Source: Flaccisagitta enflata
Lineage: Eukaryota
DNA length: 64,000 nt
Assembly: GCA_965153355.1 (NCBI GenBank)
Contig: OZ231126.1
Coordinates: 14,074,001-14,138,000 of the forward strand
Reading direction: 5' to 3'
Shown here: piece by piece, positions 12,865 through 25,496 of the stretch
Position numbering within the stretch: position 1 is the first letter of the stretch
Layout: each line of letters starts with the position of its first letter
The notes under the pieces: generated by a model
Told to the model about the DNA's origin: nothing
The model's database searches: none
What the model saw: only the letters and a program-made list of their open reading frames with translations
Position numbers and translations under genes: made by a program

Positions 12865-14364
12865 CACTAGTGCCCCCATGGTGGAAAAAAGTTCAAGATG
12901 AGTGACCATTGCCCCCATATGGTCTTTTAGGCTCTACTCAATGTGGGGAAGTGTTTTCTAGCCAAATTCAAATCATCCTTGGGGCGCTTTTTGAAAAAAG
13001 TGAAAAATTCAAGATTTTTTGCATGATTTTTAATAAAGAAATTTGCAGGTTGGTTCAACTTATTTTCTGATAGCATATTGTTATTCCCGATGAAATTCCC
13101 TTTAATGTGATAGGTCGCACTATAGGGTTTTGAAAAGAAATAAAAGTTTTATTTCTTATGCTACCATTACAAAAATCATAACGGTGGCGTAAAATATGAA
13201 AATTGTATTTCTTTTTAAAACCCTATAGTGTGACCTATCAAATAAAATGGAATTCTGCCAAGATTAACAATATGCTGTCAAAAAATAAGTCAGACTAACC
13301 TGTGAAATTTTATATACAAAATCAAGCTGAGAATCTTGAATTTTTCATTTGATTTATAAAACGCCCAAGGATGATTTGATTTGGCAAGAAAACACTTCCC
13401 CACATTGAGTAGAGCCTACAAAACCAGGTGGGGGCAATGGTCACTAAACTTGAACTTTTTTCCACCCTGGAATTGGCTTGGGCTTTTTGTATGACATCTG
13501 CTAAAATCTGAACTAGGGCGAGTATTGACACAATTTTTTTTTTCAAGAAAACCATTTAGGCAGTATATCACTTTGAGCGAGGTTTCAAGTTTGAAAGAAG
13601 TGTGTAACATTGTAAAAATAGTGTGTCAATATTGCAACTTTATTCAGATTGAGCAATGGACATCAGTGGGAGTATGGCCAATAGCAGCATACCATCTTCC
13701 AAGTTTCAGCCAATCACAGCTTCCCCAGGGATCCCTGCTGTTTCCCTCCTATTCAAGTAGGGTGAAAGCACGCACAAAAGGGCAATCTAGTACTAAATTT
13801 GATCATGACAGTTTGTCTTTAAGATTAATAAACACCTTGAATCCCCTCTCCGCGGAACTTGAACTTTTTATGATGGAAAGAGAACAGGGTCATCTTTCAT
13901 ATATATCAGTAAGAAATTCCGCGGTGAGGGGATTCAACCCCAACCATATAAATGTTTTTAAAAAAGCGCTCCAAAATCGGACAAACCGTAACTAACGTCG
14001 CTTCAAATAAGTAGTAAGAACCGATTTTTTTTCATTTTTTTTTCTCTAGTTTGTTCGCCGTTCCTTCCTCTTTCATTTGGTACCTTAAAACCCGCAAAAC
14101 TCTTTCTAGTTTTTCTGCCAGAGGGAATTTACTGAAACAAGTTTTGCTCCCGAAAATCCTCTTAAAAACCGCGGTTGATCAATTTTAATATCATATTACT
14201 ATGAAAATAGACACTTTTTTCCTCGAGTAAGGGCTCATTCCTTCCTCAAATTACATACACTTTTGGAAATTAACAAAAAAAAACGCAAAAAAAAATGATT
14301 TAAATTCACCCTCTTTCAAAACTTACGACATTTGTTAATTACAATGTGGCTGGGGGCACTAGTG
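12865..14364. mobile_element. Chapaev-like element, 1.5 kb, with internal foldback at about 12880-13467
   Basis: TIR CACTAGTGCCCCC / GGGGGCACTAGTG. 4-bp TSD TAGT. Shares the GATAGGTCGCACTAT core with 10123-10740. Confidence 0.85.
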
Positions 14365-14445
14365 TAGTGCATTGATGCCACTCACGGGATTGTATTAGGT
14401 GGTACATGGTGTTTTGTCGCCGTGGTACTTTCTTCGATATCAGAG

Positions 14446-15017
14446 AACAAGGTCAACAAACCTTAGTCGCGTGGTAATAAAGGTAATGAAGGTAATTAAG
14501 GTAATCAAGGTTATTACATAATTACTAATAATTACCTAAAAATACCTATCTTTATACCTAAAGTACCCTGAAGTACCCCAAAATACCTTAAGTACCCTTA
14601 AGTACCTAATGTACCCTAAAGTACCCTTAAGTACCTAAAGTACCCTAAAGTACCCTTAAGTACCTTAAGAGGTGACTTAAGTGACTCAAGTGACTCAAGT
14701 GACTCTAGTGACTCAAGTGACTTAGGTGACTTAGGTGACTTAAGTGACTTAAGTGACTTAAGAGACTTAAGTGACTTTTGTGACTTATGTGACTTAAGTG
14801 ACTTAAGGGGTGACTTAAGTAACTTATGTGACTTATGTGACTTAAGGGGTGACTTAAGTGACTTAAGGGGTGACTTAAGTGACTTAAGTACCCTAAAGTA
14901 CCTTTAAAATGAAGATTAGAGCCAGATTTTATAAAAGTTACATGACGTGACGTGACGGACCGACCGACCGACCGACCGACACAGCGGCTTCTAGAGTCGC
15001 GTTCACGCGACTAAAAA
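14446..15017 (-). mobile_element. HINE-like element with internal GTGACTTAA and AAGTACCCT repeats
   Basis: Same two termini as 2331-2842, in reverse orientation. Confidence 0.8.
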
Positions 15018-15061
15018 TCAGGACTGTTTCACGCAATAAGGGACATTACTTCATGCCCTAC

Positions 15062-15184
15062 CTTATATTTTGTGCCGGGAGCCGTCTTTGAGTCGAAATG
15101 ATGAGTAGATAAACACAGGATAAGATGAGAATCACGTAAATCGCTTTCCTGGTCAAAATTACCCTTGTTACCAACGGACTTGCA
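15062..15184 (-). CDS. Fukutin-like gene, transmembrane-anchor exon (start exon not resolved)
   Basis: ASPLVTRVILTRKAIYVILILSCVYLLIISTQRRLPAQNI: basic residues followed by a hydrophobic span. tcctag acceptor; AG|GTAGGG donor is phase 2, matching the exon at 8820. Confidence 0.6.
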
Positions 15185-17119
15185 CTAGGAATTATACTAT
15201 TTCGTACAAACAAGAATGAAAAGACGAAACGCTGATAGAATTGTCTTTTTTTCCTAATTGTGGGCTCTACAATGAGGGGGGGAGGAAACTGTAGAGGGGA
15301 CCGTGGACTGTAGAGTCGCGTGTCTGCGGATACATGGCTACCCTAGTCGCGTGCGGGTGGGCAGGAGCAGTGCTGGAGAAGGTCCCTGGGTCATCTGGGC
15401 AGGAGCCGTATGCTCAAAAAGATCAAAAACGCCAAAAAAGTAAAAAAGGGACCGATCGACCGACTGACCAACCAACCGACGGACCGACATAGCACGCGAC
15501 TAAAAATTGCACTCTACACCTCTCTACACCTATAAGTCGCGTGCGAGACATAAATAACTTAAGATGACTTTTATTGACTCAAGATGACTTAAAATGACTC
15601 GAGACAACTTTAAATGACTTAAAAGGACCTAAAATGTCTGAAATGACTACTTTGACCTATTTGACTTAAGTGACTTAAAATAACTTAGAATGACTTTGAA
15701 TGACCTAGAATGACTAAAAATAACTTAAAGTATAATAAAAAAGTAAAGTGTGACCGACCGACAGACCGACGGACCTATGGACCGACGGACCGACAAAGCG
15801 GGTTATAGAGTCGCGTGCACGCGACTAAAAACACCTTCGTCAATTCATTCCGTTCTTCCGTACATTCTGACAAGGCGTGAGTTTTTGTATTGATCTTCCC
15901 CAACTGTCGAAAACATTCTTGCATTCTCCTTTTTTTTCGCTAATAAAGTGTGGTGGAAAAAAACGAAGAAATGTTGCTTTTCTTTGCAATCAGGTATACA
16001 TTCGATTTAGGAAGTTGTTGTGCCTGTTTGTTTACATTAGGACTGTTCATTGTGGATTGGTTGGTCTGCTGGTCTGTCCGTCTGTCTGTCACAAAGTTGT
16101 TTAAAGGGTGTTACAGCCAATTTCAAATGTTATTGAATGTTTTTATGTCATTCATACACCTCTATAAGCCCCTTTTTTGTTCGTCCATCCGTCCATCCAT
16201 TAGTCCGTCCGTCTGTTTGTCCATTGGTTTATCATGAAGATGTTTTTTAAGACTTTTTTTTGCTAGTTCAAAGGTCTTTCTAAATGTCTGTCTGTCTGTC
16301 TGCCTGACTTTTCTGAAAGTGCCGACGCACGCGACTTAGGTCTAATGACCTTGTTTATAAGCACACACTTTTGTTTGGCTGAGGCTAAGTGTGCTTAGCC
16401 AAATCTCACTTTTTAGGCTAAACTGTGCTTAAATTAGTGCTTCTCATTTATCGCAAAGTAATTATCCTACTCAGTGTATAATAAAGTACACAGTATGGTA
16501 TAGAAATCAGTATAGTATAGAATAGAGTATTGTATAGTAAAGAATAAATCATAGAATAAAAAGCACTTCGGATGTGTTTTGTATAAAAAATTTTAAGTGT
16601 CTTTTACTGACATATTAACCATAGGATAGGATTAGTATCTTGATTTGATATAAATAGTGTAAATATAAGTGTTATTCAATATCATGATTAATTTCATTCC
16701 TTTTTTGAGCTCTTTTATATTATGTTACAGTGAAATTCTTATAGCAATAGTATTTATGTATCAATATTGTTAAATATTATTAGAAAATCAGTTATTTCTA
16801 TCAGTTTCAAAATCTTGATAGTACTGAAGGTTCAGCTCCATCATAGCAAGTAATACATTTTTTTTACACTGAACTTCAAAAGAGATAAATATCAAAATTA
16901 TACTCAATTCTGAGTTTTATGAAAATTTTCAATGATTTTTGCGTAATTCCAACAAAGAATGTCTGAAAGTTAGTATATCTTGGAAATTGACCAAATTAAT
17001 GTTTTTGAATCGGAAATCTCAGCCTGGAGCGTGCTTAGCACTGTGCTTAAATTTTCCCAATATCTGAGGCTGGGCGTGCTTATAAACGAGGTGCTTATAA
17101 GAACTAGTGGCGTTCGCCA

Positions 17120-17393
17120 TTTTGTGTTCCACGAAAACTTGATTTGGCGTGAAAAAGAAAGGCAATAATTCATAACAAAAATCTGATAGTAATAATCAAA
17201 CAAATCTGTGTTCTAGATAATAGCCGCCTGTGGGCGGCCTAACTACCAACCATGGGCGACCTCACTGCCGCCTATGGGCGGCCTCACTGCCGCCTGTGGG
17301 CGGTCCCACTGCCGCCTGTGAGCGGTCCTACTGCCACCTGTGGGTGGTCCCACTGCTGCCTGTGGGTGGTCCCACTGCCACCTCTGTGTGTGT

Positions 17394-17424
<31 letters not shown>

Positions 17425-19075
17425 CATTTGTGCATAGGTGTGTGTATGTGTGTGGAGAAAGCAGGGTTGTGTGACATACATTGGAAAATACAGGGCTGTG
17501 TGACATACATTGGAGAAAAACTGGGTGGTGTAACATTTTGTAAATTAGGGTTGAGTAGTAATGTTGTCCGACTTTCATACATCGGAGAATTCTGGACTGT
17601 GTGACATACATTGGAAAAAAACTGGGTGGTGTGACTTACATCGGAGAATTCTTGGCTGTGTGACATACATTGGAAAAAAACTGGGTGGTGTGACATAAGT
17701 TAGTTTTGCTAGATGAAAAACTAGGAGTGATGCGCGTAGTAACTAGTCAGTGAGGGCTCAAAAGGACCTCCTCCATATTTCTTAGTGTGGGTATAGTGAG
17801 GGATATTGTTCCACCTGTCATACATTAGAGATAACTAGGTGGTGTGACATACATCAGAGAATTCTGGGCTGTGTGACATACATCAGAGAAAACTGGGTGG
17901 TGTGACATACGTTGGAGAATTCTGGGCTGTGTGACATAGATCGGAGAAAACTGGGTGGTGTGACATACATCGGAGAATTCTGGGCTTTGTGACATACATC
18001 GGAAAAAACTAGGTGGTGTGACATACATCGGAGAATTCTGGTGTGTGACATACATCGGAGAATTCTGGGCTGTGTGACATACATCGGAGAGAACTGGGCT
18101 GTGTGACATACATCAGAGAATTTTGGGCTGTGTGACATACATCAGAGAAAACTGGGCTGGGTGACATACATCGGAAAAAACTAGGTGGTGTGACATACAT
18201 CGGAGAATTCTGGGCTGTGTGACATACATCGGAAAAAACTGGGTGTTGTCATATACATCAGAGAATTCTGGGCTGTGTGACATACATCGGAAAAAACTAG
18301 GTGGTGTGACATACTTCGGAGAATTCTGGGCTGTGTGACATACATCAGAGAAAACTGGGTGGTTTGACATACATTGGATAATTCTGGGCTATTTGACATA
18401 CATCGGAGAAAACTGGGTGGTGTGGCATACATCGGAGAATTCTGGGCTGTGTGACATACATTGGAGAAAACTTGGCTGTGTGACATACATCGGAAAAAAC
18501 TAGGTGGTGTGATATACATCAGAGAATTCTGGGCTGTGTGACATACATCGAAAAAAACTGGGTGGTGTGACGTACATCAGAGAATTCTGGGCTGTGTGAC
18601 ATATATCGGAGAATTCTGGGCTGTGTCACATACATCGAAGAGAACTGGGCTGTGTGACATACATCGGAGAATTCTGGGCTGTGTGACATACATCAGAGAA
18701 AACTGGGCTGGGTGACATACATCGAAAAAAACTAGGTGGTGTGACATACATCGGAAAATTCTGGGCTGTGTGACATACATCGGAAAAAACTGGGTGGTGT
18801 GACATACATCGGAGAATTCTGGGCTGTGTGACATACATCGGAAAAAACTAGGTGGTGTGATATACATCGAAGAATTCTGGGCTGTGTGACATACATCAGA
18901 AAAAACTGGGTGGTGTGACATACATTGGAGAATTCTGGGCTATGTGACATACATCGGAGAAAACTGGGTGGTGTGATATACATCGGAGAATTCTGGGCTG
19001 TGTGACATATAAAAAAACGTTACGCACGGAGAAATCTCTGAAACTTTAGTGTTCCACTATCGTGGAACACAAATA
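17120..19075. mobile_element. Satellite-carrying HINE/Helitron-like element
   Basis: Ends TTTTGTGTTCCACGA / TCGTGGAACACAAA. Terminal hairpin GTGTTCCAC-TATC-GTGGAACAC. Internal hairpin plus CTAG end on the minus strand at 17213-17239. Confidence 0.65.
17467..19010. repeat. 29-bp minisatellite with alternating A/B monomers (58-bp dimer)
   Basis: GTGTGACATACATCGGAGAATTCTGGGCT alternates with GTGTGACATACATCGGAAAAAACTRGGTG. The array is interrupted at about 17698-17830. Confidence 0.93.
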
Positions 19076-19754
19076 CAAAGTGTGTAACAATTTGTCACCT
19101 CGTCTTCTGTCTGCGCCTCTGGTGCCTCTATCTTCCTCTGCGCGTCCACTTATGTCGAGGTGCAAACGAAGACCAAATTTGAGGTGTCAAACCATTTCAC
19201 TGATTTCAATTTTTTTCATGAAATAATGAAATCATTATGTTATATTGATTTCAGTTTTGCATAGAAAGTAATTGGTAGATGAAAAAAGATAGTGCAGAGC
19301 AAGTGAAAAGGGGATAAAAAGAAGGAAATCTAAAGAAAATTAGACTTTGAAACTTGAGTTGTCATTGGCAAAATTCTAGGACTCTCTCTAAAGGAAAAAT
19401 TTTGCATTTCCAAAAACATGGCCTCATTCTATTCTTAACATGTTCTCAGAAATGCAAAATTAATTTGTTTAAATTTTCTCTTCGCTCTTTGCTCTACTAT
19501 TTCCAAGAGGTCACTTGATCACTTGGGCAGGAGCAGTGAGGCCGTAGACCGCAAGAAACCAAAAAAAGTAAAGTGTGACGGACGGATGGACCGACGGACT
19601 GACGGACCGATGGACGGACCGACCGACGGACGGACGGACCGACAAAGCGGGGTGTAGAGTCGCGTAGCACGCGACTAAAAAAGCAATACTCTAACGTACT
19701 AGGTTTTTAGTCGCCTGCACGTGACTCTATAACCCACAATGTCTGTCCGTCGGT

Positions 19755-20370
19755 CACTACTGTCTCACATAAGGTTTGAGACAAGAATGATATTACTATG
19801 CGGTTTTTTGCATTTTTGTAGAGTTCATGAGTATACAAACCAAGGACTATCAAGAAGAAAATCTTTCCCAAGGCGCTTTTTGAAAAAAATGAAAAATTCA
19901 ACATTTTTAGCTTCATTTTGCATAGACTATTTTTCAGGTTGGTTTGACCTATCTATTGACAGCATAATGATAATCCTGATGAAATTCCCTTTCATTTGAT
20001 AGGTCGCATTATATAGTTTTCACAAAAAATAAGATTTTCATTTTTAAAGCCACCGTTACAAAATTACAACGGTGGCCTAAAATATGAATTTTTCATTTCT
20101 TATGAAAACCATACAGTGCGACCTATCAAATGAATTGGAATTTTATCAGGATTATCATTATGCTGTCAAAAGATAGGTCAAATCAACCTAAAAAATTTTC
20201 TTCGCAAAATGATGTTAAAAATCTTAAATTTTTCATTTTTTTCAAAAAGCGCCTCAGGAAAGATTTTCTACTTGATGGTTCTTAGTTTCTATACTCAGGA
20301 ACTCTGCAAAAATGCAAAAAACCGCATAGTGATATCATTCTTGTCTCAAACCCTATGTGAGACAGTAGTG
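19755..20370. mobile_element. Chapaev-like palindromic MITE nested in a HINE-like element (19705-20536)
   Basis: TIR CACTACTGTCTCACATA / TATGTGAGACAGTAGTG. 4-bp TSD CGGT. A right-arm fragment of the same family lies at about 35975-36088. Confidence 0.85.
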
Positions 20371-20553
20371 CGGTCCTTCAGTCGGTTGGTAACACTGTTT
20401 TTTTTTTTTTTTTTTTTTTTTTGCGTTTTTGACATTTTTGGCATCACAGCTCCTGCTCAATGGCTTGGTTAGCCTTTTTTATCACTGTTCCTGCCGACCC
20501 GCACGTGACTTCAGTAGCCGTGTATACGGCCTTGTTTTATGAATATTGTAATG

Positions 20554-21473
20554 GCAACTGTAACCAGAAATAGATGTACTGTGTTAAAACTATTTCGATT
20601 TTAAAAAATGGATTTCTCTTTCTGAAAGCATATCAACTGCGGTTTCTTCATGCAAAATTTAAGCACTTTTTGTCCAATGCTTTAGCTTCTACATCATTTT
20701 GAAAAATAACCAAATTTCCCCCAAAATATCGCAATTTGAATACAGAATAAAAGATTTAATTTTATCCAACCTGGTGCAAATAGCAAAAAAAAATTGATTT
20801 TGAGTATCTGTATTGATTCCAAACTAGTTATCTTTATTGCTAATATGATTTTCTTTCATATTGTGCGTAATCATAAGATATTGTAATTGAAAAAGATGAA
20901 TCTTTAATACGAAATATTGTTGTGATATGAAAAATCAGGGGAAAACTCGATAAAAACTTAACAAATACATCATAATGTGGGTTTTTGTAAAACCTGATAT
21001 CGTTATTCAAAAAAATCTTTAATTTGAGACCAATCCCAGAATATCAGCTCTTGAAGCGCTTGAAAGTTACATGAGGTACATAGGCTTGAAGTCAAACACC
21101 CCCATTCATGTCTGAAATGGAAAGCTGTATCGCCACAAATGGTGTTCTACTTTGAAATGGTGCAGAAGCTAATCCACTTGATAACAAGGCCATCGCATTA
21201 CAAGTCGCGTGCGGTCTTAAATGACTTAAAATGACTTAAAATGACTTCAAATGTCGTCAAACGGCGAAAAAGCAAAGTGTTACGGACCGACCGACGGACG
21301 GACGGACCGACAGACGGACAGAGTGGGTCATAGAGTCGCGTGCACGCGACTAAAAAGTGCCGAAATTTTGCATGAAGAATCCACAGTTGATATGCTGTGA
21401 GATAGAAAAAAAAAGCCAAATTTTGTTTTAGGAATAGTTATCGCAAAATACAACTTTTGCTGGTTACAGTTGC
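20554..21473. mobile_element. Long-TIR DNA element with a HINE inserted in its right arm
   Basis: Ends GCAACTGTAACCAG / CTGGTTACAGTTGC, with imperfect inverted arms of about 160 bp. Confidence 0.7.
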
Positions 21474-21614
21474 TTTTGAAGACAGGGTACGCAGGAAACG
21501 TCAAGGAGATTTGCGTCTACTGCTGCTACAGCGACAGCGACGTCGGCGACGACGGCGACGACGGCGGCGGCGTCATCGTCATTATTTTCCGCTTCTTTCT
21601 CGCTGAATAACAAG

Positions 21615-21730
21615 CAGCGATGTATGGCAAGGGACTTCAGGGACATCACGTGACGTCCCTGCTGTCGGGCTTGAAAGTCTGTCGGGCTTGAAAATGTGTT
21701 GTGAACAAATTTTGAAGGAAGGGAATGAAA

Positions 21731-21789
<59 letters not shown>

Positions 21790-22210
21790 GCTGACAGACA
21801 GACAGACATAGAGTCAGACAGACTGACAGATAAACACAACAGAAAAACTTGATTGAATCAAATCCTATTGGGGAAATAATAAACGAGTTTGCAAAACGAA
21901 ATGAGGCAAGGGCTTGATTTATGTATGATGATGATTAGTATGCTTTGCCCCCACCTACTATACAGTTTTTCTAGATACTTTTTTTGCACAATACATTGAA
22001 TTGTATGAATCAATTGAAAACAGATCTATTTGACAAAGAAATAACCATCTAGATGAGAATCACTCGTTTATTTGTTACTTTTTGGCTAGTATTGGCATAG
22101 GAAGCTTAGAAATCAAAGCAAATCAGTGAAAAGGCTGTCGTGCTTAGATTTGCTGTCGTGCTTGGAATTGGCTTTGAAGTCCCTAGGCTCCAAGCTGCCA
22201 TACATCACTG
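21615..22210. mobile_element. Non-autonomous hAT element
   Basis: TIR CAGCGATGTATGGCA / TGCCATACATCACTG. 8-bp TSD ATAACAAG at 21607-21614 and 22211-22218. Confidence 0.9.
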
Positions 22211-23436
22211 ATAACAAGCGACAACAAGACGTCATTCAACGTCATCGCGGGAAGGTGGATGGAGGAGGAGGAGGAGGAGGTCAGGAAGAGGTAGTGGCAA
22301 TGGAAGGAAAAATACGAACCGATGGGTAAAGGGCAGAGGACCTTTGCCTTTTCCTGTAGGCTTTTGGTATTGGCTCTTTAATTTCCGCGGAGCGTCTGTG
22401 ATAACTGATTTAGTTCTCTCAAAAATGAACTAGACATCAATATTCTTAGTCGCGTGCTACGCGACTCTACACCCCGCTTTGTCGGTCCGTCGGTCCGTCT
22501 GTCGATCTGTCATACTTAACTTTTTTGGGGTTTTAGCGGTCTTTGGCCTCACTGCTCCTGCCCAAATGATGAAGTGACCTCAAATATGGTCCCTGCCCAC
22601 CCGCACACAACTTCGGTAGCCGTGTATCCGGCCTTGTTAAGGGAAAAAAAGAGCCAAAACCGCGCCGTTAAGTTCATCTCCCAGTCCGATGTTGGATACG
22701 TAATGCCTCCTAACTCAACCAACCATTTCACCGACACCTCATTTTTTGTCTGAGAGCACTGTCAATAAGAAAGTCAGTCTTACATTTGGCCAGAAAAAAA
22801 AATCATCTTATCTAAACCTCGGCGTCTTTATTCAAAATAACCGAATAACACTAAAGGATACACAAAAACATCAGATAAACATCAGATGAAAGCTTCAGGC
22901 TTGTGATTGACTGATTGTTGATCGTTGCTAGGTAATAGGCCATAGTATATCTATGTGAAAAAGAATCCGATGACCAGGGCGCAAAGTCAAACCCAAAGAA
23001 TATAATGGAAGCCAGTGGGTGATAAGCAAAGTCCAAATCGTAGGCGTTCGCAAATGATCATATTGGGCATAACCTCCCCATCCTGATTTAATTTAATAAG
23101 TAATACGAGGGTACAGTATCGATGGCGGATAGGGAGGGGATGCACAGGGGCGCAAATGGACGTTTTGACAATTTCCAACTCGACAGACAAAATACAAGCC
23201 CATCCGGGCAACTCGATGCGTCATCTGCATGATTCTTGAACAGGCGTAACGGAGAGATGGACTCTCTCTAGTCTGCTCCCACAAATACCATGATTACACT
23301 TGATTGTAATTACCATGATTGTACTTTAGTCCCGAGCTGTTGCCAGACTCTTGGCATTGATTGTCTGTCTTGGTCCAATTGTCCATCTGCCACTGCGCGA
23401 TTGCACCAATATATTAATTGTTCTTTCTGTCTTTTA

Positions 23437-23684
23437 TTACCTGAGCAGTTTCTTTGATTCCTTCCAGAGCCATAACATCTCCTCTGGAGAAACGTGATTT
23501 CCATTGATGGCATTGGAATAAGAGCAAGGGTCTCTCTTTCTATGTTTCGTAGAAAAGCCCAAATGATAAAACTTGTTGGCGGCGACTTTTTGACCAAGAA
23601 TGCCGGTGATGAACACATCTTCCCATGGCAAAGGACGACCAGGATAAGACTTAGCGACCGCGGCAAGAGCCGTAACGAGGTCAC
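23437..23684 (-). CDS. GT31 glycosyltransferase, exon 6 (terminal); total CDS 1119 nt, 372 aa
   Basis: GDLVTAL...PLPWEDVFITGIL...HVSPEEMLWLW, with the EDV motif and C-terminal H..P..M..W. acag acceptor, phase 1. TAA stop overlaps an AATAAA. Confidence 0.9.
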
Positions 23685-25014
23685 CTGTGTTTCAGGGGAG
23701 TATTAACGTGGAGCGCCTTTTGATTTCTTTCTTTCCCCCCTGGTTTTTGATTTCCTTCCCACTGGGTCAAAAAATGGTTTGATTTTCTACCCCATAAAGT
23801 ATAAATATGGTACAAGTATGGTCAAATTAGTGTAAAATGGTGTTGAAGTAGTCAAATACTATCTTTTGGAACTGTCAAAAGTGCAAAATCTCCTAAAATT
23901 CTATTTTTTTCTCCTTTTTCCCCCTTTGATTTTCTTCCCCATGTTCAAACCCTTTGATTTCATTCTCCCTGCCCACCACTCAAGTTTATACACGCCTGCT
24001 GTGTTTACCAAAAGGCTTGGATTTAAGTGTTGACTTTTGCATTGTGACGCGGGGGACGGGTGGGCAGGGGCATCCAACCTGCATCCACACCCTACGCCCC
24101 CCCACCAACACACAAAACCAAACAGTAACAAAAGCGTCCGTTTTTCCACTTTTTGACTCATGTGTTACGAATGGACCAACGGACCAATGGGTGGATGGAC
24201 GGACGGACGGACGGACAAGGCCTATTATAGAGTTGCGTGTTCACAACAACAAGGCCGGATACACGGCCACCAGTTGCGGACGGGTGGGCAGGGGCGGAAA
24301 TGCGCGTTTTCCCACTTTTTGACTCGATGGTTACGGACGGACGGACGGTCGGACGGACGGACGGACGAAGCTTCTTATAGAGTTGCGTGTCCGCAACTAA
24401 AAAAACAAACCTTTTATAATTATATTCAGTAGCTTCGATGAAACATTTGAACCCTGCTCTAATGGACCCGCTACTAACGGAATTACACCTTTTTGGATGC
24501 TAATTTATAGACCCCTCAACTTGATTCATTTTAGTTTCTATAAATATAATCAAATTCCACTGGATTTGTAATTGGTCTCTGGAAATCCGTCAGAGCGGGA
24601 TTTAACTGTATGTGATATACTCTTTTTTGTGGCTAGCAAGGCAGCGTTAAAGACCATTCACAATTTCACCCTCGGTCACCGACTGTGGGTTGTGGTTCAT
24701 TGTCTAAGCAGTAAGCAATGAACGTTCAATAATGGTGTAGACACATGACCAAATACACACAGATTGATATAGAGTTTGGAGTTTCAAACAAAATTGTCTA
24801 GTGGCATAAAGCGAAAGTATAATTGAGATCATATGCATAGTAGGTTGCGTATAAGTGGAGTTTTTAGCCTAAAAAACGCTTTTTAACGTTTTTTTTAGTA
24901 GTATTACAATTACTACTACTTTTTAAGTTGTAATGAGTTTCCCAATGCCTGTGATGCATCATTGACTCTTTAGTTTTTTCATTCAAATTTTCTCATCTGC
25001 TTTTCGTCAATATT

Positions 25015-25109
<95 letters not shown>

Positions 25110-25244
25110 CCAGACCATGATCGAGACTAGAACAGAATAAAGGACAATTCATAAAGGACAATTCATGAAAATATGATTGGCCTTTCGATTTTTTCTTGCC
25201 ACTCAGTCTCGTCTATGGGTCCTTTGATATTCTTTCTTTGTTGT

Positions 25245-25329
<85 letters not shown>

Positions 25330-25414
25330 CGTCACTTCATGTAACCATAGGATTGATCTAACCAAAACATATGGTCCACAAAAATCGGAAATGGCATTAT
25401 CGCAGGTGCAAAGT

Positions 25415-25496
<82 letters not shown>

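Noticed and set aside
13525..13995. 156-aa ORF inside the 1.5-kb Chapaev-like element as a possible transposase
   Set aside because: No recognisable zinc-finger or DDE motifs, and it runs through an inverted repeat of about 100 bp (13837-13937).
17467..19010. CRISPR-like regular repeat array, and repetitive MYVTQP/MSHSP ORFs
   Set aside because: Units are head-to-tail with no unique spacers, the context is eukaryotic, and there are no cas genes. The ORFs are satellite translations.
21467..21602. Minus-strand exon candidate (EKEAENNDDD...CVPCLQKQL) as the fukutin N-terminus
   Set aside because: Its GTAACC donor lies within the TIR of the 20554-21473 element, and the Val/Ala-run peptide is simply the antisense of the plus-strand frame.
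22851..23430. Non-repetitive sequence with short ORFs after the GT31 stop, and a possible AG|GTAATA donor at the stop
   Set aside because: No recognisable motifs, and the GT31 domain is already complete. Treated as 3' UTR or intergenic.
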